Shown here one piece after another: positions 17,456 through 26,196 of a DNA stretch of 27,432 nt (position 1 is its first letter; every line of letters begins with the position of its first letter). The notes under the pieces were generated by a model. It was given only the letters and a program-made list of their open reading frames with translations, was not told where the DNA came from and did no database searches. Both the position numbers and the translations under genes were made by a program. The DNA is from a virus (Duplodnaviria > Heunggongvirae > Uroviricota > Caudoviricetes). The stretch lies in IMG/VR virus record IMGVR_UViG_2695420763_000018. One strand, written 5' to 3'.

Positions 17456-18313
17456 TTACCCCCTGAAGCCTGGCGGGATCGCACTATCCGGTAACGAGAC
17501 GGTGTTAACCTGTCGGAATAACGTCTCAGGTCGAACACCTTTCGGCGCGAACAAGCCCTGGTATTCATTGGCGATGCTGTGTCGAATCACCTGCTCAGGT
17601 GAAAAACCCTGCTGGCGGAATTTTTCCAGCTCCCGTATCGCCCCGTTAGCGCCCTGCTCCGTTCGAATCGGTTTTCGCAATGCCTGGCGAAATTCAACCC
17701 ACTCACGCCAAAGCGAGACAGAAATCCAGTTCGGCAAAGTAATATCCAGAGGGTCAAACTTTTTGACACCTCGATTCCCCCGGGGGGGATTTAGGGGGGG
17801 ATCTGTTTTTAGATCTTTATCTGTATCTTTATTAGTTGCCTTTGTGTTGACATCATGTTCAAACACCACTTCAACATCTGTTTGAACACCTGTTAAATTT
17901 CTCTCTTGTTTTGTTTGAACATCTGCTTCCTTTCTGCTTCTTCTGGCCTGAACAGATGCTTTTCCTGCGGCTGATTTTTTGGTTAATTTTTCCCTGACTG
18001 ATGCCAGATCTTCCTCAATCCGAAGATGCACCCATTCCTCGCCGTTATCGCAAAAAAACTCCTGCAAGGATGGTTCAACATCAGCCCATCGCTCGTTAGT
18101 CAGACGGGCAATTTTTGCCAGCCTGTTTTTAGGTATTGGCTTTCCTGTTTGCCAGTAATTGAACATCAGCAACAAATACGCACCATGCTCCTCTGCTGAC
18201 AAATGCATGGTGTCAGCCAGGTAATCAGCTATGTACAGTTGCATGTATGGTAATGCGGCCATAATTGCCCCGTATGATGCTGCCCGGTGGCTTAGAATAA
18301 GCACAAACAGCAT
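17456..18313 (-). CDS. ydaU: replication initiation protein (lambda O-like role)
   Basis: 285-aa ORF recognised as Rac YdaU; sits directly upstream of the DnaC-like gene as O/P-type replication modules do. Confidence 0.8.
   Translation of the reverse strand: MLFVLILSHRAASYGAIMAALPYMQLYIADYLADTMHLSAEEHGAYLLLMFNYWQTGKPIPKNRLAKIARLTNERWADVEPSLQEFFCDNGEEWVHLRIEEDLASVREKLTKKSAAGKASVQARRSRKEADVQTKQERNLTGVQTDVEVVFEHDVNTKATNKDTDKDLKTDPPLNPPRGNRGVKKFDPLDITLPNWISVSLWREWVEFRQALRKPIRTEQGANGAIRELEKFRQQGFSPEQVIRHSIANEYQGLFAPKGVRPETLFRQVNTVSLPDSAIPPGFRG
17856..17921. repeat. three copies of a 10-bp quasi-palindrome TGTT(C/T)(A/G)AACA inside ydaU (iteron-like; candidate origin)
   Basis: tgttcaaaca 17856-17865, tgtttgaaca 17879-17888, tgtttgaaca 17912-17921; preceded by GGATCT...AGATCT (17800-17816) and two G7 runs (17782-17788, 17794-17800). 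Confidence 0.45.
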
Positions 18314-18325
18314 GGAAACTTTTGC

Positions 18326-18748
18326 TTAATGAACAATGACAGAATCGTCGGAAGAACCGCCGCCGCTGAAATGCGCTTTCCGGTAAACGGCTTGGACTGC
18401 ATCATCATGCGCATCAATTGCCGTACTTAACGCTTCCTGCGCCGCCAGTAATGCACGGCGTTCCAGGGTATCGAAGATGCAGAGTCGGTGACGCAGCTCG
18501 CGCGGAAGGATTGCCAGAATTGCTGGGATCAGCTTCTGAATTTTTTCTCTTTGCGTTTTCGTTTCACCTTTCAACCAACGGTGATAGATATTCTGCTGAT
18601 TGTTCCAGTCCTTGCCTGGAACCAGGGGCAATTCGCCGCCCCCCTGGCGCAGATATTCTTCAGTAATTGCATTGGCTACCCATGCCTGCCCTTTTTCGGC
18701 TGCTAGGGCAAACAACACTGATTCGATGTGCTCATGCTTGATTTTCAT
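18326..18748 (-). CDS. ydaT: YdaT (toxic Rac protein)
   Basis: 140-aa ORF recognised as Rac YdaT; immediately downstream of ydaS on the same strand. Confidence 0.85.
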   Translation of the reverse strand: MKIKHEHIESVLFALAAEKGQAWVANAITEEYLRQGGGELPLVPGKDWNNQQNIYHRWLKGETKTQREKIQKLIPAILAILPRELRHRLCIFDTLERRALLAAQEALSTAIDAHDDAVQAVYRKAHFSGGGSSDDSVIVH

Positions 18749-18770
18749 GAATCATTTGCCTCTTGATGTT

Positions 18771-19067
18771 TCAGGTATGATCAAATGAGGATTTGTTACT
18801 GTCATTTAGTTGCTTCACTGACATATTCTGCGAACAACATGCCGAACGTCGTAAATATGACCAGTCAATATCAGGACGAAGTTCTTCGCACAGAACCTCA
18901 CCTCTTGTTGCACGTTCAATTGCTGGACATCTCTCGGCAGGCAATTGACGTACCCCTTTGATCCATTGATTTACGCTTGGAGGTGATACACCTAAAAGCC
19001 TAGCCATTGCTGATTGCCCACCGACAACAGCACAAGCTTGCTTGAATGAATAGTTCTCTTTTTTCAT
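18771..19067 (-). CDS. ydaS: YdaS, Cro-like HTH protein
   Basis: 98-aa ORF with HTH segment QSAMARLLGVSPPSVNQWIKG; divergent from racR. Confidence 0.85.
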   Translation of the reverse strand: MKKENYSFKQACAVVGGQSAMARLLGVSPPSVNQWIKGVRQLPAERCPAIERATRGEVLCEELRPDIDWSYLRRSACCSQNMSVKQLNDSNKSSFDHT

Positions 19068-19096
19068 CGAATGAACTCCAAAAACACACAGAAATA

Positions 19097-19161
19097 TTAG
19101 GCGACGCCTAACGCAATTGTCAATAGGCTGTGCCTAATGCGGTAAGGGTAGGGATTGCCTA
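19097..19161. promoter_or_regulatory. three operator-like sites TAGGC-N3-GCCTA in the ydaS/racR divergent promoter region
   Basis: TTAGGCGACGCCTAA (19097-19111), ATAGGCTGTGCCTAA (19123-19137), TAGGGATTGCCTA (19149-19161, one mismatch); centre-to-centre spacing about 25-26 bp. Confidence 0.6.
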
Positions 19162-19190
19162 ATGTAATGCGCATAGGAGAATATTAAGCA

Positions 19191-19667
19191 ATGCTTAGTG
19201 GTAAAGACTTAGGCCGAGCGATAGAGCAGGCCATTAACAAAAAAATCGCATCGGGATCCGTCAAATCAAAGGCGGAGGTCGCACGCCACTTTAAAGTCCA
19301 ACCACCATCAATTTATGACTGGATTAAGAAAGGCTCTATAAGTAAAGATAAACTTCCAGAATTATGGCGTTTCTTTTCTGATGTTGTTGGTCCAGAGCAT
19401 TGGGGGCTTAACGAATACCCCATACCAACCCCCACCAATTCAGATACAAAAAGTGAACTTTTAGATATAAACAACCTTTATCAAGCAGCCTCTGATGAAA
19501 TAAGAGCGATTGTAGCTTTCCTGTTATCTGGAAATGCTACAGAACCAGATTGGGTTGACCACGATGTTCGCGCCTACATAGCAGCGATGGAAATGAAAGT
19601 GGGTAAGTATCTGAAAGCTCTTGAATCTGAACGGAAAAGCCAGAACATCACAAAAACTGGAACTTAA
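19191..19667 (+). CDS. racR: Rac prophage repressor RacR
   Basis: 158-aa ORF recognised as RacR; HTH near the N-terminus; divergent from ydaS. Confidence 0.9.
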   Translation: MLSGKDLGRAIEQAINKKIASGSVKSKAEVARHFKVQPPSIYDWIKKGSISKDKLPELWRFFSDVVGPEHWGLNEYPIPTPTNSDTKSELLDINNLYQAASDEIRAIVAFLLSGNATEPDWVDHDVRAYIAAMEMKVGKYLKALESERKSQNITKTGT

Positions 19668-19764
19668 ACTTATATGGTCTGACGGAAAACTCCTGGATTC
19701 CGTTATTTAACCCCCCCATCACTTTCTGCTGTCGCCATCACCTATTAGGTTACGCTCAAAACAT

Positions 19765-19802
19765 TAGGCATAGCCTATTGACAATCAATTAGGCATTACC
19801 TA
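19765..19802. promoter_or_regulatory. two further operator-like sites downstream of racR
   Basis: TAGGCATAGCCTA (19765-19777) and TAGGCATTACCTA (19790-19802), 25 bp apart; 19762-19784 is a 22/23 inverted copy of 19127-19149. Confidence 0.55.
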
Positions 19803-19975
19803 TAGTTCCAGCATACCACCCACCCCGCCCCACAGAACGCCGGGCAATACTTCGAGTTACCAGGCAGTGATAAGGGGTTAAGTAGCCAGCCCGAGGCGTA
19901 TGAACATGACGGCGGGATTCAAATTTTGCAGTGCAGCAGTTAGTTCCGCCACCCGGCGTTAAGGGGAGAGATAAG

Positions 19976-20110
19976 ATGGTGCATTACGAAGTAGTTCAGT
20001 ATTTGATGGATTGTTGCGGTATCACTTACAACCAGGCTGTGCAGGCTTTACGCAGCAACGACTGGGATCTCTGGCAGGCAGAAGTCGCTATACGTAGCAA
20101 CAAGATGTGA
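19976..20110 (+). CDS. ydaG: small protein YdaG (44 aa)
   Basis: ATG 19976 preceded by GGGGAGAG; product MVHYEVVQYLMDCCGITYNQAVQALRSNDWDLWQAEVAIRSNKM; matches the length and position of K-12 ydaG. Not in the supplied ORF track (under 60 aa). Confidence 0.6.
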   Translation: MVHYEVVQYLMDCCGITYNQAVQALRSNDWDLWQAEVAIRSNKM

Positions 20111-20120
20111 GATTCGCAAA

Positions 20121-20276
20121 ATGCAAAAAATCGACCTCGGCAACAACGAATCCCTGGTGTGCGGCGTGTTCCCCAACCAGGATGGAACGTTCACTGCCAT
20201 GACGTATACCAAAAGCAAAACATTTAAAACCGAAACTGGTGCGCGCCGATGGTTGGAGAAGCACACAGTAAGCTAA
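20121..20276 (+). CDS. ydaF: small protein YdaF (51 aa)
   Basis: ATG 20121 begins 10 nt after the ydaG stop; product MQKIDLGNNESLVCGVFPNQDGTFTAMTYTKSKTFKTETGARRWLEKHTVS. Confidence 0.6.
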   Translation: MQKIDLGNNESLVCGVFPNQDGTFTAMTYTKSKTFKTETGARRWLEKHTVS

Positions 20277-20761
20277 CGATTAAAACGTCTACTCCTGCTG
20301 TTCCAGAATAACTTCATAAAATGGGAGTATTTTTCGGTGACGAGATAATAAGAACAGTTTGCGCTATCACTCTGATGTTGAATGATGCCCTTCCGTTCTA
20401 ATTTTTTCATAACCGGGTTACGGCAAGGAGAAGTGATAATAAGATTTCCTGTTTTAAGGAAATCTTTAAATACAGCGATTTCTTTCTCAGATAAACGAAG
20501 CAATACTCGTTGCTCTGGTAGTAATGAATAATGCTTTTGAATATGTGCTCGCAATCTTGAGAAGGAAATGGCGACCACGAAAGAAAAGGCAAAAACGATA
20601 ATCTGAAAGAGCCAAGGTATTTCAGTATAAGCATTGAATGCGACAGTAAACTCTTTCGGTATCAGCCAGAGAGTGAGACCAAAAATGATAATCGTATACA
20701 TAAGTCTTTCGAGTGGCTCGTTAGCAAAAAGTTTCAACAATGGAGTAAATACATCCAACAT
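20273..20761 (-). CDS. sieB: superinfection exclusion protein SieB
   Basis: Membrane protein; start placed at the internal ATG 20761 (162 aa) because the 41 codons upstream in the tracked ORF are not SieB-like; convergent 4-nt overlap with ydaF. Confidence 0.75.
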   Translation of the reverse strand: MLDVFTPLLKLFANEPLERLMYTIIIFGLTLWLIPKEFTVAFNAYTEIPWLFQIIVFAFSFVVAISFSRLRAHIQKHYSLLPEQRVLLRLSEKEIAVFKDFLKTGNLIITSPCRNPVMKKLERKGIIQHQSDSANCSYYLVTEKYSHFMKLFWNSRSRRFNR

Positions 20762-21202
20762 ATCAATAACTCTCAACTGTAAGGGTATTGAAATGTTAAC
20801 ACAAGCTCTCGCTGTAGGGGTATAGCCGAGACCACCGAAGCCCGGAGGTGGTGAAATAAAACCGGGCACAACACGAAGGCGCATTTCCGATATCCATAAA
20901 GAGTCGGTCTTGTCTGTTAAATTTAAATGGTGGGAGTGCGCCTCCGGTTGTAAATAACGACATTGCTGTGTGTAGTCCTGGCGGCATCAGTTTTTTTCTT
21001 GAAGTTCGGCTGATGTCCGCCCTTTTTAAAGTGAATTTTGTGATGCGGTGAATGCGGCTAAGCGCACGTGGCACAGTTAAAAGTCATGTTAGTCCTTATT
21101 GGTTTGGGTGGGAAAGCCGACTGTAATTGTTAACTGGTTGCAGTCACCTGGAGGCACCAGACACCGCATCAACAAAGTTCATTTGTAAAAATGGAGATAA
21201 TT

Positions 21203-21424
21203 ATGATTGCACATCACTTCGGAACTGATGAAATACCACGTCAGTGTGTGACTCCTGGCGATTATGTTCTTCATGAAGGCCGGACATATATTGCCTCGGC
21301 AAACAATATTAAAAAGCGAAAACTATATATTCGTAACCTGACCACAAAAACATGCATTACTGACCGCATGATTAAAGTCTTCCTCGGTCGTGATGGTTTA
21401 CCTGTAAAGGCGGAGTCATGGTGA
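21203..21424 (+). CDS. kilR: KilR, FtsZ-targeting killing protein
   Basis: 73 aa from [26 protein letters not shown]...; GGAG 8 nt upstream of ATG 21203. Confidence 0.85.
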   Translation: MIAHHFGTDEIPRQCVTPGDYVLHEGRTYIASANNIKKRKLYIRNLTTKTCITDRMIKVFLGRDGLPVKAESW

Positions 21425-21594
21425 TGACTAAGAAAATAAAATGTGCTTACCACCTTTGCAAAAAAGACGTTGAAGAAAGCAAAGCTATTGAAAGAATGCT
21501 TCACTTCATGCACGGGATTTTATCAAAAGACGAACCGAGAAAATATTGCAGTGAAGCTTGTGCCGAAAAAGACCAGATGGCACATGAACTTTAA
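21424..21594 (+). CDS. ydaE: YdaE, small Cys-rich protein (56 aa)
   Basis: ATG 21424 overlaps the kilR TGA (TGATG); product [56 protein letters not shown]. Confidence 0.7.
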   Translation: MTKKIKCAYHLCKKDVEESKAIERMLHFMHGILSKDEPRKYCSEACAEKDQMAHEL

Positions 21595-21668
21595 TTAATT
21601 AACTATTCGAAACTGAATTTATGCCAGAAATGGCAGGTATTCGCTCAACCTTAATTAAGGAGAAAAAC

Positions 21669-21944
21669 ATGATTACCAATTATGAAGCCACTGTTGTAAC
21701 TACCGATGACATTGTTCACGAGGTGAATCTGGAAGGAAAGCGCATTGGCTACGTAATTAAAACAGAAAATAAAGAAACCCCATTCACTGTGGTTGATATC
21801 GATGGTCCATCAGGCAACGTAAAAACACTTGATGAAGGTGTCAAAAAAATGTGCCTGGTGCATATCGGAAAGAATCTGCCCGCAGAAAAAAAAGCCGAAT
21901 TTCTGGCAACTCTAATTGCAATGGAATTAAAAGGTGAAATCTGA
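21669..21944 (+). CDS. racC: RacC
   Basis: 91 aa from MITNYEATVVTTDD...; AAGGAG 7 nt upstream of ATG 21669. Confidence 0.8.
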   Translation: MITNYEATVVTTDDIVHEVNLEGKRIGYVIKTENKETPFTVVDIDGPSGNVKTLDEGVKKMCLVHIGKNLPAEKKAEFLATLIAMELKGEI

Positions 21945-22045
21945 AAGAAATAGCCTGCGTATGGCACAGGCTATGAACAGTGTGTATCCGGCAAGATCAT
22001 TCACTGAACAAAACGAATTTTAATCTGAGTTGAGGTTAAAAAACA

Positions 22046-24646
22046 ATGAGCACAAAACCACTCTTCCTGTTACGGAAAGCGAAAAAATCATCCGGTGAAC
22101 CTGACGTCGTCCTGTGGGCAAGCAACGATTTTGAATCGACCTGTGCCACTCTGGACTACCTGATCGTTAAGTCAGGTAAAAAACTGAGCAGCTATTTTAA
22201 AGCTGTTGCCACGAATTTTCCTGTCGTTAATGACCTGCCCGCTGAAGGTGAGATCGATTTTACCTGGAGTGAACGCTATCAACTCAGCAAAGACTCCATG
22301 ACATGGGAACTAAAACCGGGAGCAGCACCAGACAACGCTCACTATCAAGGCAATACCAACGTCAACGGCGAAGACATGACTGAGATTGAGGAGAATATGC
22401 TACTCCCAATTTCTGGCCAGGAACTGCCCATTCGTTGGCTTGCTCAACACGGCAGCGAAAAACCGGTAACGCACGTTTCACGCGACGGACTCCAGGCATT
22501 ACACATTGCTCGGGCTGAAGAACTACCGGCTGTTACTGCCCTGGCTGTTTCCCACAAAACCAGCCTGCTCGACCCGCTGGAAATTCGCGAACTCCACAAA
22601 CTGGTTCGTGACACTGACAAAGTTTTCCCTAATCCTGGTAATTCAAACCTGGGACTGATAACTGCTTTTTTCGAAGCATACCTGAACGCTGACTACACCG
22701 ATCGAGGACTGCTGACAAAAGAGTGGATGAAGGGTAATCGTGTTTCACACATCACTTGCACGGCTTCCGGTGCTAATGCTGGCGGCGGAAACCTCACCGA
22801 TCGCGGCGAAGGTTTCGTACACGATCTGACGTCACTGGCGCGCGACGTAGCCACTGGCGTACTGGCCCGTTCAATGGATCTGGACATCTATAACCTTCAT
22901 CCGGCACACGCTAAACGCATTGAGGAAATTATCGCTGAAAATAAACCGCCCTTTTCTGTTTTCCGCGACAAATTCATCACCATGCCTGGCGGGCTGGATT
23001 ATTCCCGCGCCATCGTGGTTGCGTCCGTAAAAGAAGCACCAATTGGGATCGAGGTCATCCCCGCGCACGTCACTGAATATCTGAACAAAGTACTGACTGA
23101 AACCGATCATGCCAACCCTGATCCGGAAATCGTGGATATTGCCTGCGGTCGCTCCTCTGCCCCGATGCCGCAGCGAGTAACAGAAGAAGGAAAACAGGAT
23201 GATGAAGAAAAACCGCAACCATCTGGAACAACGGCAGTTGAACAGGGAGAGGCTGAAACAATGGAACCGGACGCAACTGAACATCATCAGGACACGCAGC
23301 CGCTGGATGCTCAGTCACAGGTAAATTCTGTTGATGCGAAATATCAGGAACTGCGGGCAGAACTCCATGAAGCCCGGAAAAACATTCCATCAAAAAATCC
23401 TGTCGATGCCGATAAATTGCTTGCTGCATCACGTGGTGAATTTGTTGACGGAATTAGCGACCCGAACGATCCGAAATGGGTAAAGGGGATCCAGACTCGC
23501 GATTGTGTGTACCAGAACCAGCCAGAAACGGAAAAAACCAGCCCAGATATGAATCAACCTGAGCCAGTAGTGCAACAGGAACCGGAAATAGCCTGCAATG
23601 CCTGCGGCCAGACTGGCGGGGATAACTGCCCTGACTGTGGTGCGGTGATGGGCGACGCAACATACCAGGAAACATTCGATGAAGAGAGTCAGGTTGAAGC
23701 TAAGGAAAATGATCCGGAGGAAATGGAAGGCGCTGAACATCCGCACAATGAGAATGCTGGCAGCGATCCGCATCGCGATTGCAGTGATGAAACTGGCGAA
23801 GTCGCAGATCCCGTAATCGTAGAAGACATAGAGCCAGGTATTTATTACGGAATTTCGAATGAGAATTACCACGCGGGTCCCGGTATCAGTAAGTCTCAGC
23901 TCGATGACATTGCTGATACTCCGGCACTATATTTGTGGCGTAAAAATGCCCCCGTGGACACCACAAAGACAAAAACGCTCGATTTAGGAACTGCTTTCCA
24001 CTGCCGGGTACTTGAACCGGAAGAATTCAGTAACCGCTTTATCGTAGCACCTGAATTTAACCGCCGTACAAACGCCGGAAAAGAAGAAGAGAAAGCGTTT
24101 CTGATGGAATGCGCAAGCACAGGAAAAACGGTTATCACTGCGGAAGAAGGCCGGAAAATTGAACTCATGTATCAAAGCGTTATGGCTTTGCCGCTGGGGC
24201 AATGGCTTGTTGAAAGCGCCGGACACGCTGAATCATCAATTTACTGGGAAGATCCTGAAACAGGAATTTTGTGTCGGTGCCGTCCGGACAAAATTATCCC
24301 TGAATTTCACTGGATCATGGACGTGAAAACTACGGCGGATATTCAACGATTCAAAACCGCTTATTACGACTACCGCTATCACGTTCAGGATGCATTCTAC
24401 AGTGACGGTTATGAAGCACAGTTTGGAGTGCAGCCAACTTTCGTTTTTCTGGTTGCCAGCACAACTATTGAATGCGGACGTTATCCGGTTGAAATTTTCA
24501 TGATGGGCGAAGAAGCAAAACTGGCAGGTCAACAGGAATATCACCGCAATCTGCGAACCCTGTCTGACTGCCTGAATACCGATGAATGGCCAGCTATTAA
24601 GACATTATCACTGCCCCGCTGGGCTAAGGAATATGCAAATGACTAA
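22046..24646 (+). CDS. recE: exodeoxyribonuclease VIII (RecE)
   Basis: 866-aa ORF recognised as RecE, with the nuclease domain in the C-terminal third. Confidence 0.95.
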   Translation: MSTKPLFLLRKAKKSSGEPDVVLWASNDFESTCATLDYLIVKSGKKLSSYFKAVATNFPVVNDLPAEGEIDFTWSERYQLSKDSMTWELKPGAAPDNAHYQGNTNVNGEDMTEIEENMLLPISGQELPIRWLAQHGSEKPVTHVSRDGLQALHIARAEELPAVTALAVSHKTSLLDPLEIRELHKLVRDTDKVFPNPGNSNLGLITAFFEAYLNADYTDRGLLTKEWMKGNRVSHITCTASGANAGGGNLTDRGEGFVHDLTSLARDVATGVLARSMDLDIYNLHPAHAKRIEEIIAENKPPFSVFRDKFITMPGGLDYSRAIVVASVKEAPIGIEVIPAHVTEYLNKVLTETDHANPDPEIVDIACGRSSAPMPQRVTEEGKQDDEEKPQPSGTTAVEQGEAETMEPDATEHHQDTQPLDAQSQVNSVDAKYQELRAELHEARKNIPSKNPVDADKLLAASRGEFVDGISDPNDPKWVKGIQTRDCVYQNQPETEKTSPDMNQPEPVVQQEPEIACNACGQTGGDNCPDCGAVMGDATYQETFDEESQVEAKENDPEEMEGAEHPHNENAGSDPHRDCSDETGEVADPVIVEDIEPGIYYGISNENYHAGPGISKSQLDDIADTPALYLWRKNAPVDTTKTKTLDLGTAFHCRVLEPEEFSNRFIVAPEFNRRTNAGKEEEKAFLMECASTGKTVITAEEGRKIELMYQSVMALPLGQWLVESAGHAESSIYWEDPETGILCRCRPDKIIPEFHWIMDVKTTADIQRFKTAYYDYRYHVQDAFYSDGYEAQFGVQPTFVFLVASTTIECGRYPVEIFMMGEEAKLAGQQEYHRNLRTLSDCLNTDEWPAIKTLSLPRWAKEYAND

Positions 24647-25448
24647 GCAACCACCAATCGCAAAAGCCGATCTGCAAAAAACTCAGGGAAACCGTGCACC
24701 AGCAGCAGTTAAAAATAGCGACGTGATTAGTTTTATTAACCAGCCATCAATGAAAGAGCAACTGGCAGCAGCTCTTCCACGCCATATGACGGCTGAACGT
24801 ATGATCCGTATCGCCACCACAGAAATTCGTAAAGTTCCGGCGTTAGGAAACTGTGACACTATGAGTTTTGTCAGTGCGATCGTTCAGTGTTCACAGCTCG
24901 GACTTGAGCCAGGTAGCGCCCTCGGTCATGCATATTTACTGCCTTTTGGTAATAAAAACGAAAAGAGCGGTAAAAAGAACGTTCAGCTAATCATTGGCTA
25001 TCGCGGCATGATTGATCTGGCTCGCCGTTCTGGTCAAATCGCCAGCCTGTCAGCCCGTGTTGTCCGTGAAGGTGACGAGTTTAGCTTCGAATTTGGCCTT
25101 GATGAAAAGTTAATACACCGCCCGGGAGAAAACGAAGATGCCCCGGTTACCCACGTCTATGCTGTCGCAAGACTGAAAGACGGAGGTACTCAGTTTGAAG
25201 TTATGACGCGCAAACAGATTGAGCTGGTGCGCAGCCTGAGTAAAGCTGGTAATAACGGGCCGTGGGTAACTCACTGGGAAGAAATGGCAAAGAAAACGGC
25301 TATTCGTCGCCTGTTCAAATATCTGCCCGTATCAATTGAGATCCAGCGTGCAGTATCAATGGATGAAAAGGAACCACTGACAATCGATCCTGCAGATTCC
25401 TCTGTATTAACCGGGGAATACAGTGTAATCGATAATTCAGAGGAATAA
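24639..25448 (+). CDS. recT: single-strand annealing protein RecT
   Basis: 269 aa from [16 protein letters not shown]...; its ATG overlaps the last codons of recE by 8 nt. Confidence 0.95.
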   Translation: MTKQPPIAKADLQKTQGNRAPAAVKNSDVISFINQPSMKEQLAAALPRHMTAERMIRIATTEIRKVPALGNCDTMSFVSAIVQCSQLGLEPGSALGHAYLLPFGNKNEKSGKKNVQLIIGYRGMIDLARRSGQIASLSARVVREGDEFSFEFGLDEKLIHRPGENEDAPVTHVYAVARLKDGGTQFEVMTRKQIELVRSLSKAGNNGPWVTHWEEMAKKTAIRRLFKYLPVSIEIQRAVSMDEKEPLTIDPADSSVLTGEYSVIDNSEE

Positions 25449-25504
25449 TTCAGCCTGGCGGTGTAATGCACCGCCAACTTGAAATATTTTTTATGAGAAA
25501 AATT

Positions 25505-25699
25505 ATGAGATATGACAATGTTAAACCATGTCCATTTTGTGGTTGTCCATCAGTAACGGTGAAAGCCATTTCAGGATATTACCGAGCGAAGTGTAACGGA
25601 TGCGAATCCCGAACCGGTTATGGTGGAAGTGAAAAAGAAGCACTCGAAAGATGGAATAAACGAACCACTGGAAATAATAATGGAGGTATTCATGTATAA
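25505..25699 (+). CDS. ralR: RalR (Lar), restriction alleviation protein and type I TA toxin
   Basis: 64 aa from MRYDNVKPCPFCGCPSVTVKAISGYYRAKCNGCES...; zinc-ribbon-like Cys pairs. Confidence 0.85.
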   Translation: MRYDNVKPCPFCGCPSVTVKAISGYYRAKCNGCESRTGYGGSEKEALERWNKRTTGNNNGGIHV

Positions 25700-25901
25700 A
25701 ATTACCGCCACTATTGAAAAGGAAGGTGGCACTCCTACTAACTGGACAAGATATTCAAAATCTAAACTAACGAAATCAGAATGCGAAAAAATGCTCTCAG
25801 GTAAAAAAGAAGCAGGCGTTTCCAGAGAGCAGAAAGTAAAACTGATAAATTTTAATTGCGAGAAACTTCAGTCCTCGAGAATTGCATTGTATTCAAATTA
25901 A
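25692..25901 (+). CDS. ydaC: YdaC
   Basis: 69 aa from MYKITATIEKEGG...; GGAGGT SD; its ATG overlaps the ralR stop region. Confidence 0.75.
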   Translation: MYKITATIEKEGGTPTNWTRYSKSKLTKSECEKMLSGKKEAGVSREQKVKLINFNCEKLQSSRIALYSN

Positions 25902-25913
25902 AACTTCATAGCT

Positions 25914-25927
25914 GATTATTAATAATC
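25914..25927. promoter_or_regulatory. perfect 14-bp palindrome GATTATTAATAATC upstream of xisR/intR
   Basis: Exact palindrome in the ydaC-xisR intergenic spacer. Confidence 0.4.
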
Positions 25928-25979
25928 AACATCGGGCGTCAATTTCAGTCTAACATTGGCGCCTGCCAGAGGTGATGCG

Positions 25980-26195
25980 ATGGCACAAGTAATCTTTAAT
26001 GAAGAGTGGATGGTTGAATACGGCCTGATGCTTCGCACTGGTCTGGGGGCCAGACAAATTGAAGCATACCGCCAGAACTGTTGGGTGGAGGGCTTCCACT
26101 TCAAACGAGTATCTCCTTTAGGTAAGCCAGACAGCAAACGAGGGATTATCTGGTACAACTATCCAAAGATAAATCAGTTTATCAAAGACTCATGA
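25980..26195 (+). CDS. xisR: excisionase XisR
   Basis: 71 aa from [32 protein letters not shown]...; GAGGTG SD; its TGA overlaps the intR start region (TGATATG). Confidence 0.85.
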   Translation: MAQVIFNEEWMVEYGLMLRTGLGARQIEAYRQNCWVEGFHFKRVSPLGKPDSKRGIIWYNYPKINQFIKDS

Positions 26196-26196
26196 T

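Noticed and set aside
20048-20266. 72-aa minus-strand ORF from the track
   Set aside because: Antisense to the two short plus-strand genes (ydaG/ydaF-like), which have SD sequences and match K-12 gene order and lengths.
20796-21074. 92-aa minus-strand ORF between sieB and kilR
   Set aside because: Lies in the kilR-recE promoter region, no family resemblance and no clear SD; treated as non-coding.
22693-24544. Several minus-strand ORFs of 64-147 aa inside recE
   Set aside because: Entirely antisense to a well-supported 866-aa gene; shadow frames with no start context.
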